Notes under the pieces: generated by a model
Database searches by the model: none
What the model saw: the letters and a program-made list of their open reading frames with translations, nothing else
What the model was told of the DNA's origin: nothing
DNA from: Octopus sinensis
Taxonomy: Eukaryota
NCBI RefSeq assembly: GCF_006345805.1
Contig: NC_043005.1
Span: 46,810,001 to 46,874,000, forward strand
Reading direction: 5' to 3'
DNA: 64,000 bases
In this document: in pieces, positions 27,085-41,577 of the stretch
How positions within the stretch are numbered: the first letter of the stretch is position 1
Layout of the letters: every line of letters begins with the position of its first letter
Made by a program: the position numbers and the translations under genes

Positions 27085-27292
27085 CTCTCTTTTACTCTTT
27101 TACTTGTTTCAATCATTTGACTGTGGCCATGCTGGAGTACCGCCTTTAGTCGAGCAAATCAACCCCAGGACTTACTCTTTGTAAGCCTAGTAGTTATTCT
27201 ATCGGTCTCTTTTGCCAAACCGCTAAGTTACGGGGACGTAAACACACTAGCATCGGTTGTCAAGCGATGTTGGGGGCACAAACACAGATACA

Positions 27293-27341
<49 letters not shown>

Positions 27342-27510
27342 TTATATACGACGGGCTTCTTTCAGTTTCCGTCAACCAAATCCACTCACAAGGCTTTGGT
27401 CGACCCGAGGCTATAGTAGAAGACACTTGCCCAAGGAGCCATGCAGTGGGACTGAAATTAGAACCATGTGGTTGGTAAGCAAGCTACTTACCACACAGTC
27501 ACTCCCCCGC
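27085..27510 (-). mobile_element. SINE family B, full length
   Basis: Reverse complement of 16793-17192. Confidence 0.9.
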
Positions 27511-30297
27511 CTATATATATATAATAATAATAATAATAAATATTATATTATATATATAATAATAATATTATATATATATATATATATGATAATAAATATT
27601 TTTTACTAATTTATCGAGGATGGTGAGTTTACTTAAACGCATGAATGTTAGACAAGAATGTTTGTGTAATTAGATGCATCTCTTTATTTTTTCATTTTGA
27701 ATCCTGTCGATGTCAACTTTGACATTCATTTCCAGAGCTCTAGTAAATGAAATACCAATAAAGCACAGGAATAGATTTAATCGACTATACCGTTTCAATA
27801 ATTTGTGGCTTTATGTCAGTGTTAGAAATCGATATGCATTCACAGGGACCGTTTTTAACAAGGAATAACCTCTACTATATTATATAAGGGTATCGAGTCT
27901 ACACATGCCATCACTAAAGAAAGCTGAAAAAGCTATGGATGCAATTCAATATAATATCCAACTTTAAAAAGTGTGCGTCTTGGCAATCAATTAAAAATTA
28001 CTAAGTAAACTGTCCAATTAAAAATGTTAACTGTCGTGTTAGGTCTCTGTCATTCTATATTTGTGACCCCAGCTTTAAATATTTCTAACCAAAATAGTCT
28101 CAATCATTTGAAAGTATTCTGCTTAATCCAATCAATTTCTGTACTGAATTTACATCAAGTTTCTGCAAACTTTCAAATGATTTTCTGTTTGTTGCTTAAC
28201 ACGAACTTAGTTCTGATTGAATAAATCCGTGATCATAGGCTTCCTGGTCATAAAAACTCCTTATTTTTAAAAATAGGGGCTTCTAAGCCCCTATTTTCCA
28301 ATATGCCCTTCTACTTTTGAGATTGTAGAGTGTAATTTAAGAGAAATTTAGTTGCTGTTTGTAGAGTTTGTAGAAGGGCAAGCAGTATCTCGTTGACTCG
28401 ACTCTTCTAGTTGTTTAGATCACTCTAAACGATGAGTTCGTGCAGTTTATGTTTAGGAATAACTAAATCTGGAACTACGTTATTCAATATGTTCTTTTTT
28501 TAAGATGGTAGGTGAGATCTTAGCGAGATCTCACTCCTGCTACGATTAATCTGTCGCCTGTGTTGCTTGACGCAGTTAAAAGCCTCCATGTATACATATT
28601 CATATAAAATAGAATTCTATTCGATTTTGAAATGAAAGAAAGAACGCATGAGTTAGCTCACATGTTTAAAACTACCGCTATTCCGAGACAAATTGGTAGT
28701 TGATTAATTTTTCTATCACATTAATATCTGCTCTATTATGGGGTTAAATTTAAGCCTCTAGAGAAAATGTGACAATTTCCAAAAGATTGTTTAATTTTCT
28801 ATTCACAAGAAATGTACAGTCTTAGTGATATTTTCACCCTTTGCTAACGAGAATTTATTATAATTGAAGCAACTATAATCTCTTCTATTAATGAAAATGT
28901 TTATATTGACTAAGTTAATTATCACTGTCTTCCTCCGTCTCTTTTTCCAATTGCTTTTCATTATGCATTTTTTGCTTCATTTTATTTTTGTTAACACTAT
29001 CTCTGTGATTATGTATTCATATTATTGATGAATGCAACGAAATAGCTCTTGCGAAATTGATTGTTGTATTGCATAATATATGAGGTGTATAACGAGACTT
29101 AATAGAAAAATGCTGACTTAATAACGTGACTATCCAATAGCTTCTCAATGAGTTCATTGCTCTTATTCCTAAAGTTGCGAACTTCCACAACAGTTATAGA
29201 ACGTATCTTATTTCTTAAATTGTGCTTCACCCTTTTGTTTTGCTAATTTTTCTCTGTAGTTTCTTGTTATTCTTTCTTTTTCTCTTTCTCTTATTTTTTA
29301 TTGATTTATTCTCGCTCGGCCTTGATTGCGCTATCTTTTCACTAGCTACTTTTCTTATTTTTTGTTTACAATGAAAATGTAAGCTCTAAGAAAAAAAGTA
29401 CAAAGAAAAATAATTATAACTACAGATTGATATTGTTCTGTATTCTATTTTCAGTTTTCCAGTTTTTTTAAAATATTTAACTGGAAATATCCTTGTAAGA
29501 ACCAGTTGTAGGGAAGAAGATTCTATCCGGGCAATCGACGATTCTACAGTTGTAATTCTAATTACAAAGAATCCTTCACCAGGTTCGACAACCACAACAC
29601 CTAGTGGGAGGTGTCCGAGGAGTATCGGACATCCCTCAATTATTGATGAAGGTCGTTGACGAAGAATCTTGATGCAGTCGTTAATGAAGGATATGAAAAA
29701 GGCTGAATGCGTAACGGATAATGCTATTTTCGTAAAGAGATAAGTTACTAACGACTCTTTTGCAGATTATTCGAGCTAAGTTATGAATCAGGCATGTACT
29801 GAATACTGAAGGTGTTAGTACTGCGTTATCTAAATTTCTGAGGACTTGAAATGTTGCTTTAGTTTTTTTCATAATGAAAATATAATGAACTACAACTAAC
29901 AAATGATTTATACATTTCAAATTCAAACGAAATATATTTAGAAGTATATTTCTGTATCTGGTTATCATTTGGTTTAAAAGCTTTATAAGAAATCAAAAAC
30001 GTATAATAGCAAAGCTTTCACTTCTCATATTTTTATGGAGAAACAGATATGCTTCGCCTACATTGTTTAATGCACATTACCTTATTGTTTACTAAAATAT
30101 TTTGCAAAAGAACCCTCTTGTTTCATGTACATGGTGTGCCAAAGCATGAAACCAATTTCCTTTTGGCTTTGATTGTAGTGATTTCCACTTCTGTTATAAA
30201 ACCAAAGGTTGTTTTAACAAACTGCCGCCAATTTGCTTCTTTGACATCGATGTTTGGTCAGTTGTGTTTGTATATATATATTATAATTTGTGGTCAT

Positions 30298-30490
30298 AAT
30301 AAGGCGGTGAGCAGGCAGAATCGTTAGCACGCCGGGGGAAATGCTGAGTTCAAATTTCGTCAATGTCGACTTTGCCTTTCATCCTTTTGGGATCGATGAA
30401 ATAAGAACCACTTACGCACTAGGGTCGATGTAATCGACTAGCCCCACTTCCCCCAAAATTTTCAAGGCATTGTGCCTAGAGTAGAAATAA
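30298..30490 (+). mobile_element. SINE family A
   Basis: aaggcggtgagcaggcagaatcgttagcacgccggg... Confidence 0.8.
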
Positions 30491-31199
30491 TAATTTTTGG
30501 TCATATTAAAGGTGAAATAAACTGACTCAGAACAAGAAATGAATTAAAAAATGCCGTCTATGGTGAAACAAGAGGGAAAGGGACTGAAATTAATGCATAA
30601 TCCAATGAAAAAAATTGGGAATTGTTTGTTACGCTTAAATATGTGTATGTATATATCTTATTTATGTATGATATGTGTATGTATAGGTCTATATAAATGT
30701 AAATGTATAAATGGATGTATATGTGTATATAAAAATATATATATAGGTATAAAAATTATATATAAAAAAACAAGAACGTGAAATACACAAAGAGACGAAC
30801 ACAAAAAATGGACGGGTCATTCGAAGCCTTTAATCTTCAGTCAGAAACTGGATCATCATAGCAAATTTCGGCTGATTAATCCTGATATTGCTCCGACACG
30901 GCCAGCCCCAATGAAAACTAAGCTGCGAGCATTAGATTTCTTGGAAAAAGGATCGAATGTAAACGAAACTAGGGCAGAAAAACAGACGAAGCCACACGAA
31001 TATAAATACAAAAAACAAAAATAAAAATAAAAACAAAAACAAGAATGGTAATAACAGGATAACAGCAGGTGTCTTACGACTTTAGACAAATTTAGACAAA
31101 TTTAACTTATCTAGCAGGCGTGTTTGGAAATATATATGTATTTTATAAGATATGTGGTGAAGATGCGTGGCCTAGTGGTCTGTTGGGTCAAGGCTTGGT

Positions 31200-31690
31200 T
31201 CGCTTGCTCCATTTTTGAGAGAATCTTTGTCCCAATTTCTCTATCTTCGGTTGCACAAAGATAAAGGATTTGAATATACCCCGAGTGAATTCCTGAAGTT
31301 TAATTTTTTCACACGTACGTTTGACTACTCTGGCATATGTTAACTTTTTTTGTTAACTTTCAACATTCCATTCAAGTGTTAAATAACGAACATTTGTCAC
31401 AAAAGATCTTTGAGAGTAATTCAATAGTTTCATGGGAACAAATTTCACTCGACTTTTTGGGCAATTTAACGTAACAGTAGCATTCATGCTCGGCCGGGGC
31501 TACCTTGCGTAGTAATAGACTCACTTTCTTCTCATCCGACCATGATTGTAATCTTTGTTAAAAATTTCCTCGTACCGTTTATAGTTCGCAGGACACGTAA
31601 TAATTTCTCACGAATTTTTGGGCTTCCCTGACTGTAACTCAATTAACTGTAGTTTTTCCTGTTGTTTCTGTAGCTAATAGGTCCTCCATA
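31200..31690 (-). mobile_element. Ty3/Gypsy (K02A2.6-like) gag N-terminal remnant
   Basis: YKRYEEIF...WSDEKKVSLLLRKVAPAEHECY...LPKKSSEI...ETIELLSKIF.DK.SLFNT with frameshift and stop; resembles the conserved gag region of this group. Confidence 0.7.
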
Positions 31691-33824
31691 ATGTGTGTGA
31701 CGCACAAATTGTCAAATAAACTACAAAATAAAAATATCGGCAGTTACAAACACGCAACGAAGCAACATTTACGAACCAACAATCAATATTTCACTAACTC
31801 GAAATGTAAACTGTATCAGGACTTCGAAGACCAAACTACGAACTACCGACTATGTCAAACCGCTACTATTTATATGTAGTGGTCCCGTCTGTTCTCATCA
31901 GAGGGTGTAGTACTCTCGCCACAGCACATAAAATCACAAAATATTAAAGAGACATTGGTATAAACATATTGACAACTATATCTCTGTTTCTTTCCAGTCA
32001 GAGTAGTCATTGGGTATTCTCTACATCTTGGTACCTACTTAGTGACAATTCGCATTGGTGTCACCAAATGGTGGAACATTCTGTATATACAATCAGTATT
32101 ATAAGTTAACTAGATCATAAGTTTTGCTTTATATTTGTTAATAAAATGCATTTCTGGATCATTCCGCTGCTGTTCTGTCATTTCGTTGCACAGATAGAAA
32201 GGGAAGACAGAATAGAGAATAATTGGGTAAGACCTGTCCCCAACAGTTATCTACATGTTGATTCAGGGTATTTGTTTGTGCACGTTTCCCTGATTTGTTG
32301 TTGGCGTGCCGCTATTTGTTACTTTGTGCTCTTCTCGTTTATCCAATGTAGTGTACTCGGCAAACTTTACATTTTATAACGTAGATCCGAATTGCAGAAA
32401 AAGTGATTCTAATTTTGAAGGTAAGGTCCTCTTTGAAGAGGACTTCAGGACTTTCTAATGAGTAACTACATACTCCACTGTTTGGCCGGTTACATTTACT
32501 TCCTTTGGGGTATGCAGTCTGAATATGTAGCTTTCTATTGGTCAATATCTTTTTTAATGATTTTATTCATCTCTTCTTTTTTAAAATCGGATGCTTTTCT
32601 GAAATGCGTTTCATTTTTTGGTCCTGTAGTAATATTGGCATGTTTAAATATATATTAGTGGAAAATTCGGTGTTTCTTGAGTTAAAATGTGAAATATATG
32701 GGGGTAGGGCCGCATAAATATATTTTGTTTTGAGCGGGGATGAAACGTGAACATGAAATCAAGTAACTACGAGATAAATCATGTTGGTCATAATATTTCA
32801 CTGAAGATTAATCGAAAATATTAATTGCGAGGAAAATATTAAAATCTAATTTCCTGCAGAGAGTTCTCTACAATTCAATGTTCAAATTCGAAGCCAATTC
32901 ATTTCAATTGATCCTTGTTATTTGAGAAAAATAAAATATACAAATATCGACAATCCTGAATTTACTTTGTTGGAAATGTATCACTTTATGCCTAAGAAAG
33001 TAATCAAATTTTGGCGGGGCTTAATGGAATTTAAATAATATCCATCTTTATTAATTTACTTCTGACTGTGTCGTATAATTATGAAAGACTGTTAAATATT
33101 TTAGAGAACATTGTGATAAATAATTTCTTGTAAAGACATTCTAAATAAGTCTATTTTTGTAGAAAATCACACTGGGCGTACCTAAAACAATATAAATTAA
33201 CTGATAAGATTTTAATGTAAATGTATCCGAGAGCGAATTAAGAAAAGAAAAGAGCAGCAAACCACTTAATTTTATTGAAACATTGAACCGGAGCTGGACA
33301 TATCACTCTGTTGAAAATTAGTAAAACTACCTGCTAGCGCAGAGTCCTGAATTAATTTGTAGAGGTAAAAAAAGAGTGCAGTAGTAATTTCCAATAGTTG
33401 CCTGAATAGAATTTTACTCCGCCACTTGCAAATCTTCAAAATATATGATAGCTGAGTCCATCTTGTCAGTGTCAGAGTCCTTGAAAATGGCATGGTTGCC
33501 GTCTCTTCATCCAGAATTATCCAATAAATGTTCGAACCTTTCACTTTTCAAATGTTAATTACTAATTTTCATTTTAATGTAACAAATATCGTATGCAATT
33601 TTGTTCACTGTCTGTTTCAGTTGTGAATGTATTTCTTTCTGGCTTTACACTGAGTTCAAATACCACTATGGTCGTCTTTACATTTCATCCTGTCAGAGTC
33701 GATAAAAAAGTACCACTTGAACACAGGGGTTGATATGATCGATTAGTATCTTCTCCCAAAATCTGAGGCTTTATACCTATAGTAGAAACGGAACCGGAAA
33801 ACAGATTCGCAATCTACGTATAGT

Positions 33825-34020
33825 CATACATATATGCATGCATGAATACAAGCATGCATGCATGCATGAATACAAGCATGCATGCATGCATGCATGAATA
33901 CAAGCATGCATGCATGCATGTATGTATGTATGTTGTATGTATGTATGTATGTATGTAGTATGTATGTATGTATGTATGTATGTATGTATGTATGTATGCA
34001 TGCATGCATGTATGTATGTA
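33825..34020. repeat. (CATG)n-based 24-bp tandem unit (x3) grading into (TATG)n
   Basis: catgcatgcatgcatgaatacaag repeated. Confidence 0.9.
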
Positions 34021-34081
34021 TACTATTGAGTGATATTTAGTGATGGTAGATTGCGCGCATATTCAGGGTTGACGGTCAGTA

Positions 34082-34465
34082 TCTCTCTCTATATAAACGG
34101 CAGTTTGTCTGTGCGTGTTTCTGTGTGTCTGTTTGCTTGTACCCTCACCCTGACCACGGCTTTCAACCGATTCTGATGAAACTTGACACACACATAGCCC
34201 AATGTCATAATTCAAAACTAACGCAGCGAAAATTTTGAAAAGTTCCCCCAGTTCTGAAAAAAATCGATAAATTCGACATGGGGTCGAGAATCAGAAATAC
34301 GAACCACAAACTGTCTAGGGGACGCAACTCCACCTTTTTTAAATCTCAAAAAAAATTTACCATCATTTTTTTCCATTTTTTTTCTATTTTTTGGCTATAA
34401 CTCTCTAAAAATGCTTTATAGTTATTTCCCTTACAAACCTGAGCAACGCCGGGCGATACTGCTAG
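34082..34465 (+). mobile_element. Non-autonomous Helitron (~385 bp)
   Basis: A|TC start; cctgagcaacgccggg hairpin about 9 nt before terminal CTAG (34462-65); 3' end shared with 63700-64000. Confidence 0.75.
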
Positions 34466-35368
34466 CCATATATATATGTGTGTGTAGGTAGATAGTTATG
34501 TACACTGGCACATTTGTTGAATTTTCCAGGTAATAGGACGGAGCTGGAGGTGACGCGATTTCAGAGCGAATTCTCAAACACACATTTATAATTGCACCGT
34601 CCATTCTGTTTATTTTGAAATATATATCAAATATTGCTGCAACTTTATTGGCAAGGAATATAAATTGTAAAACACTCCTGAAATAAAATGCATTAATTTG
34701 AAATGAGCTGTATGCCCGACTGTAATGATTAATGTTTGTGTATTTGTGTGTATGTATGTGAATTTCACCGATACACATACAAATAAGATATATATTAATA
34801 AGGATTCGTTTACAAATGTATTGTTTCATATTCAGATATCAGTCACGGCAACAATGAGTAAATAGGTTTGAATACTGAGATCAGTTTCCGATATTATTAT
34901 TTGCTTTTTTTTCTCACTATTTAAGTTATCTTGATCATTGCCATTCCCTCTACTCTACTGGGCTAGCTTCTGCTACGGTATAAGCATATATTATGATTGC
35001 TTAAATGACACTCGTATGGTTTGTGTCCAATCTGTCATTTATTGTAAGTGTTTGCTTTCGCGAGGAGTTAGATTGTGTACAATGGGTGAATTTACAAATA
35101 TGTTCACATAGTGACTTGAATATTCTCGAAAATTCGACGAACATCAGAAAATCTATAAGTACTTCTGATTGTCTTCTAATATTTCTATATAAATACAATA
35201 CATTTTCTTGTAATTTATTGGGGTTAGGAAACACATATTTGCAAGATCTTTCATATTATGATGTTCTTTTAATTTGTTAGTTTATTTACAATAATATTTC
35301 GTTATTAGTATTTGGATTGTGTTCGATATCAAATTATATGAATGTAGATATATTTATATGTTTATAAC

Positions 35369-35430
<62 letters not shown>

Positions 35431-35757
35431 GTCAAGCTGTCTATGTGTGTGTGTGTGTATGTGTGTGTGTGTGTTTGTCTTTGCGTTTGTACCGTTTGTT
35501 CTCACCACCACTTGATAATAAATTTTGGTTTGTTTACGTCATCATGACCTATCGGTTTGGAAGGAGGCACCAAGTGATTTACTTACTAGATGTTTCAAAT
35601 TTGTACGGGGCTCCATATGTATGACTAAACCCTTCCAGGTGGTGTTCCAGCATAGCCAATGTTCAATGACTCAAACAATTATAAATATTTATTTATATAT
35701 ATATATATATTATATATATATATATATAGATAGATAGATAGATGGATAGATAGAGAT

Positions 35758-35967
35758 CTTTTTACTCTTTTTACTTGTTTCAGTCAATTGACTGTGGCCA
35801 TGCTGAAGCACTGCCTTTGGTCGAGCAAATCGACCCCAGGACTTATTCCTTATAAGCCTAGTACTTATTTATCGGTCTTTTTTGCGGAACCGCTAAGTTA
35901 CGGGGACATAATCACACCAGCATCGGTTGTCAGGCGATGTGTTGGGGGACAAACTCAGACACACAAG

Positions 35968-36038
<71 letters not shown>

Positions 36039-36040
36039 TA
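35758..36040 (-). mobile_element. SINE family B, 3' half
   Basis: Matches 27085-27350; another diverged 3' half on the plus strand at about 35440-35670. Confidence 0.8.
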
Positions 36041-36469
36041 TACAGGCAATAGTTTAGCAGAAACATTAGTACGTCGTAACTATTATCTACTGCGATTGAT
36101 TCTTCTCGATCTAGTTATTAGTTTATCTTTGTCTCTACATTTACACCCTCCACACTGCTCCACAAACGGTGTTGGTTTGTTTACACCCCCTAAAAATCAG
36201 TCAATTTATTCGGTGAAAGAGAGCAGTAGACTAAGTATCAGATTTAAAAGTAATTTGTGGGGAGGATTTTTTTTTTTATTAAAGCTTTGAAGATATTGTT
36301 CTGTCATTGCCACACTCCAATGCTATGTTTGAAACGTAAAAGAATAAAAGAATAAAATAATGCACTCGTATTCATGAGACTACGAAGAAGAGCAAGAGAC
36401 CTTGTTTTTTTCTGATATATCTATTTTCTGTGATTTATCTGTATTTATAGCTATGAAATAATATAATTA

Positions 36470-37400
<931 letters not shown>

Positions 37401-37697
37401 ACGGTTGATGCAAAACATTATCTGACAACAATAGCAACGAAGCTAATACTATAATAAACCAATATAAAATATGATAATTAAGGGAAAATTATTAATAAAA
37501 TACAGCAAAATGAGCTGAAGAAAACCAGTGTATATAGTTGATTGCAAACTGTGTGCTAGCGGGCAATATGCTGAAGGCATGGTTCTAACTATTTCTCCAG
37601 ACTTAAAATAAAAACAATATATAAATATATAAATATTCTGTTGTGTTTGAGGAGAGTCATTTTCTTTTTGTGCCTTACAATTTAACACACTCATCGG

Positions 37698-38221
37698 TAA
37701 ACTAACTGCATCAAATATAATTTAATGATGTTATAATCATATTTATCTGGGTTTTTATTTATATATTTCATTTTTGGATGTGGTTTGCAAGATTCTTTCT
37801 ATGAGTTCGTGTGTTGAAGCATCTTCTGTTGTGTCTAGGGAGAGTCATTTTTTTTTTGCGCCTTATAATTTAACACACTCACCGGTAAAATTTCCAATTA
37901 TTTCTTATTTTTATTTTACTAAAATTTCCGTTGCGTCTTGCAACCTTTTCAGTAGTCTTGATTCTTGAAAGTTGCAAGACGCACCGAAATTTTAGGAAAA
38001 TAAAAATAAGAAATAAGTGGAAATTTTACCGGTGAATGTGTTAAATTATAAGGCGCAAAAAAAAAAAAAATGACTCTCCCTAGACACAACAAAAGATGCT
38101 TCAACACACGAACTCATAGAAAGAATCTTGCAAACAAAATTCAAAAATGAAATATATAAATAAAAAACCCAGATAAATATGATTATAACATCATTAAATT
38201 ATATTTGATGCAGTTAGTTTA
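37698..38221. repeat. Long near-perfect inverted repeat (arms ~255 bp, loop ~14 nt)
   Basis: taaactaactgcatc...gcgtcttgcaac / gttgcaagacgc...gatgcagttagttta; about ten differences by eye. Confidence 0.95.
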
Positions 38222-39374
38222 TCTGCTATAATCAGACAATTTTGACCCCGGTCGTCAAAAGGTTTTGAACCTCTACACAATATAATATCGCAACAAAAAC
38301 AAAAACAAAAAACAAAGGAAATAAGTAAATAAATAAGTAAATGAATAAATGAATAAATAAATAAAAGCTAGCGGTGGTGTTTTAACATTATATTTATTGT
38401 TTGGCTTTCTAAACTGACATTGTTGAAACAGTGTAATCATCGCTAAACGAGTTCTCACAAAACTTTCTTTTAAAAGCAACTTCGTATGAACTAGTTATTT
38501 AATTAGTTGGTCTGTTATTGTTTTAGATGGAAAGAGATTTATTTCTCTGTGTAGTAGCTTCCCCATAGTGAGACATCACTCACATTTTTGTACGCTTTTT
38601 AGTTTGCTTTTATTTTTCCATACCAAAGAGTTGTTAGAAAAATATAGTAATCAACTTGATTACTTTATCCGTGAGTTATGAGTTCCCTTCGATTGAAGTT
38701 AACTTTTTCTGATGTAATTTGCGCGATACGTTTCGAAGCTGTATCATATATCATGGTTCTTCATTAATCTTCCTAAATACAATTACAAAGTCTTTTTTCT
38801 GAGAGCCTATAAAATATAGTCTCATGTTCAATATAATATCTCTTTGTGAACTTGACATACGAGTCAGACAAGTGGCAGCATTTTTTACACACGATTTGCT
38901 AGCCTGGTCAAGCGCCAGTAATATGAAAATAAAAAGACCGCTGGGAATTCTAGTGTTGGTCATGTCTGATCGAAAGCATAATTATCAGTGGACACTTCAG
39001 AACAATTTCAGTGATGAAGGGCGCATTATATCAGCTCCCATGCTCACAAAGGCATGCACACATATTTGCAGAGGACACATGTGTAGAATAGAGGTTTTAA
39101 ATGGGCTTTTCCGAAATGTACTGAAGGAATGTTACGATTGGAATCAAACGATACGTTTTTGTTTAGCAATAGATATATTAGCACAACACACATAGATACG
39201 CAAACGATCATGCTTTGTTTCTATGTCTATTTTCAATCCTCTCTCTCTGTCTCTAACTCTCTGTTTGTCTCTCTCTCTGTCTCTCCCTCTCCCTCTCTGT
39301 ATGGTCTTTCTGTCTCTCACTTTCTCGTTGGCTTTCTAGCGTTGTCGCTGCCTGTCAATCCATCTATCTATTAT

Positions 39375-39431
<57 letters not shown>

Positions 39432-39509
39432 TTTTCTCTCACTAAATATATCTAAGTATGTGTGTATGTATATATATGTGCACACACACTCGACGGTGGA
39501 TATGACACC

Positions 39510-39551
<42 letters not shown>

Positions 39552-39601
39552 ATTATATATGAGTGTGTATACATATTTTTATATATATATGTGTGTGTGT
39601 G

Positions 39602-39643
<42 letters not shown>

Positions 39644-39703
39644 GATGTAGGTATGTACATATATGTATGTATATATGCATATATTCATAAATTATTTTAT
39701 TAT

Positions 39704-39742
<39 letters not shown>

Positions 39743-39944
39743 CACATATTCATTGCCGAACACATAAACGCACGCGCGCACACACACTCACACACGCACT
39801 TAGTATTTTCGTATCTGTGAATATAAAGTGTATGTGTGTGATCACGTGTTCAAGTGTGAGTGTTTGTGCGTGTGCGTGTGGATATGAGCGTGTTTACAGT
39901 TCTATATTTAAGAGATGAGGAATTATGTACGTTATTTACATTAT

Positions 39945-40066
39945 TTATATTTGACGGGTAATTTGTCCTCATCTTGTTTACGTTTCGGCTGATATACCCT
40001 CCAGCCTTCATTAGTGGTCTTGGAGAAATTTCGAACCTGGGTTCTCATTCCTAAGGTATTTTTTGC

Positions 40067-40115
<49 letters not shown>
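39945..40115 (-). mobile_element. Second copy of the 15400-15670 element (tail and linker only; hammerhead mutated)
   Basis: Minus strand reads aatgagaacccaggttcgaaattt...ctaatgaaggctggagggtatatcagccgaaacgta. Confidence 0.8.
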
Positions 40116-40119
<4 letters not shown>

Positions 40120-40439
40120 ACATCGTGTGGCTTAGTGGTTAGGGCATTCGGCTCACGATCGCAAAGTCGTGTGTTTAGTTCCCGGCGGCACCTTGTGTCC
40201 TTGAGCAAGACACTATATTTCAAATTGCTTCAGTCCACTCAGCTGGCAAAAATGAGTAGTATCTGTATTTCAAAGGGCCAGCCTTGTTACACTGTGTCAC
40301 GCTGAATCTCCCTGAGAACTATGTTAAGGGTACATGTGTCTGTGAAATTCTCAGCCACTTGCATGTTAATTTCACTAACAAGCTGTTCTGTTGATCGCAT
40401 CAGCTGGGACCCTCGTTGTCGTAACCGACGGAGTGCTCC

Positions 40440-40440
<1 letters not shown>
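40120..40440 (+). mobile_element. SINE family D
   Basis: gtggcttagtggttagggcattcgg...gtccttgagcaagacact...gtgtcacgctgaatctccctgagaact; the same tail occurs at 60925-61022. Confidence 0.75.
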
Positions 40441-40479
<39 letters not shown>

Positions 40480-40484
<5 letters not shown>

Positions 40485-40650
40485 TATATGCATATATGGG
40501 TACAGGACGTCACCAACTATGTAAACAACATGAAATACGAAAACAAAACGTGTTACATACGCAAACAACGAGAGAAAAAATGGAAAACAGGACAAATAAA
40601 AGACCCTTCATCAGTTGTCGGCTGTCTATCTACTCATCATTTCGAGCATT
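40480..40650 (-). mobile_element. Short (TA)n-associated repeat related to 23510-23745
   Basis: Shared blocks as listed for 23510-23745. Confidence 0.6.
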
Positions 40651-41021
40651 CACTATACACTCACACACACCCATGCCCCCTTGCGCGCGCGCACATGCAC
40701 GCACACGCAAGTACATTCCTTTTCCTTCTTTTCCTAGCGTAGGCTAGGCTCGAAACATCGAAAGCCTCTTTCATTTTTCCCCTTAACGTCACACTAATAC
40801 ACCGTACTTGCTCTTCCCGCATGTGCTACTATATATTGTTTCTATATCATTTTAAACCACACACACACATATATATATATATGTGTGTGCGTTGTGTGTG
40901 TGTGTGTGTGGTGTACAGGAATAGGTAGATAAATAGATAGATAGGTTTAGGTATATTAATGTATGTATATGCTTCTATGTATGTATATATATATGTTTAG
41001 CCCCTTGTTGGTAGTAAAGAA

Positions 41022-41067
<46 letters not shown>

Positions 41068-41088
41068 TATATTATGTATATATATATA

Positions 41089-41472
41089 AGCGTAGGAATG
41101 GCTGTGTGGTAAGTAGCTTGTTTACCAACTACATGGTTCCGGATTCAGTCCCACTGCGTGGCACCTTGGGCAAGTGTCTTCTACTATAACCGCGGGCCGA
41201 CCAAAGCCTTGTGAGTGAATTTGGTAGATGGAAACTGAAAGAATCCAGTCGTATATGTGTATATATGTGTGTGTGTGTGTGTTTGTTCCCCCAACATCGC
41301 TTGACAACCGATGCTGGTGTGTTTAGATCCCCGTAACTTAGCGGTTCGGCAAAAGAGACCGATAGAATAAGTACTTGGTTAACAAAGAATAAGTCCTGGG
41401 GTCGATTTGCTCGACTAAAGGCGGTGCTCCAGCACGGCCACATTCAAATGACTGAACAAGTAAAAGACTAAA
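41089..41472 (+). mobile_element. SINE family B, full length
   Basis: High similarity to 16793-17192. Confidence 0.9.
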
Positions 41473-41485
41473 AGATAATATATAA

Positions 41486-41577
<92 letters not shown>

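Noticed and set aside
32190-32426. Two plus-strand exon-like segments with GTAAG donors
   Set aside because: Splicing them together gives a stop; phases are incompatible; no recognisable protein
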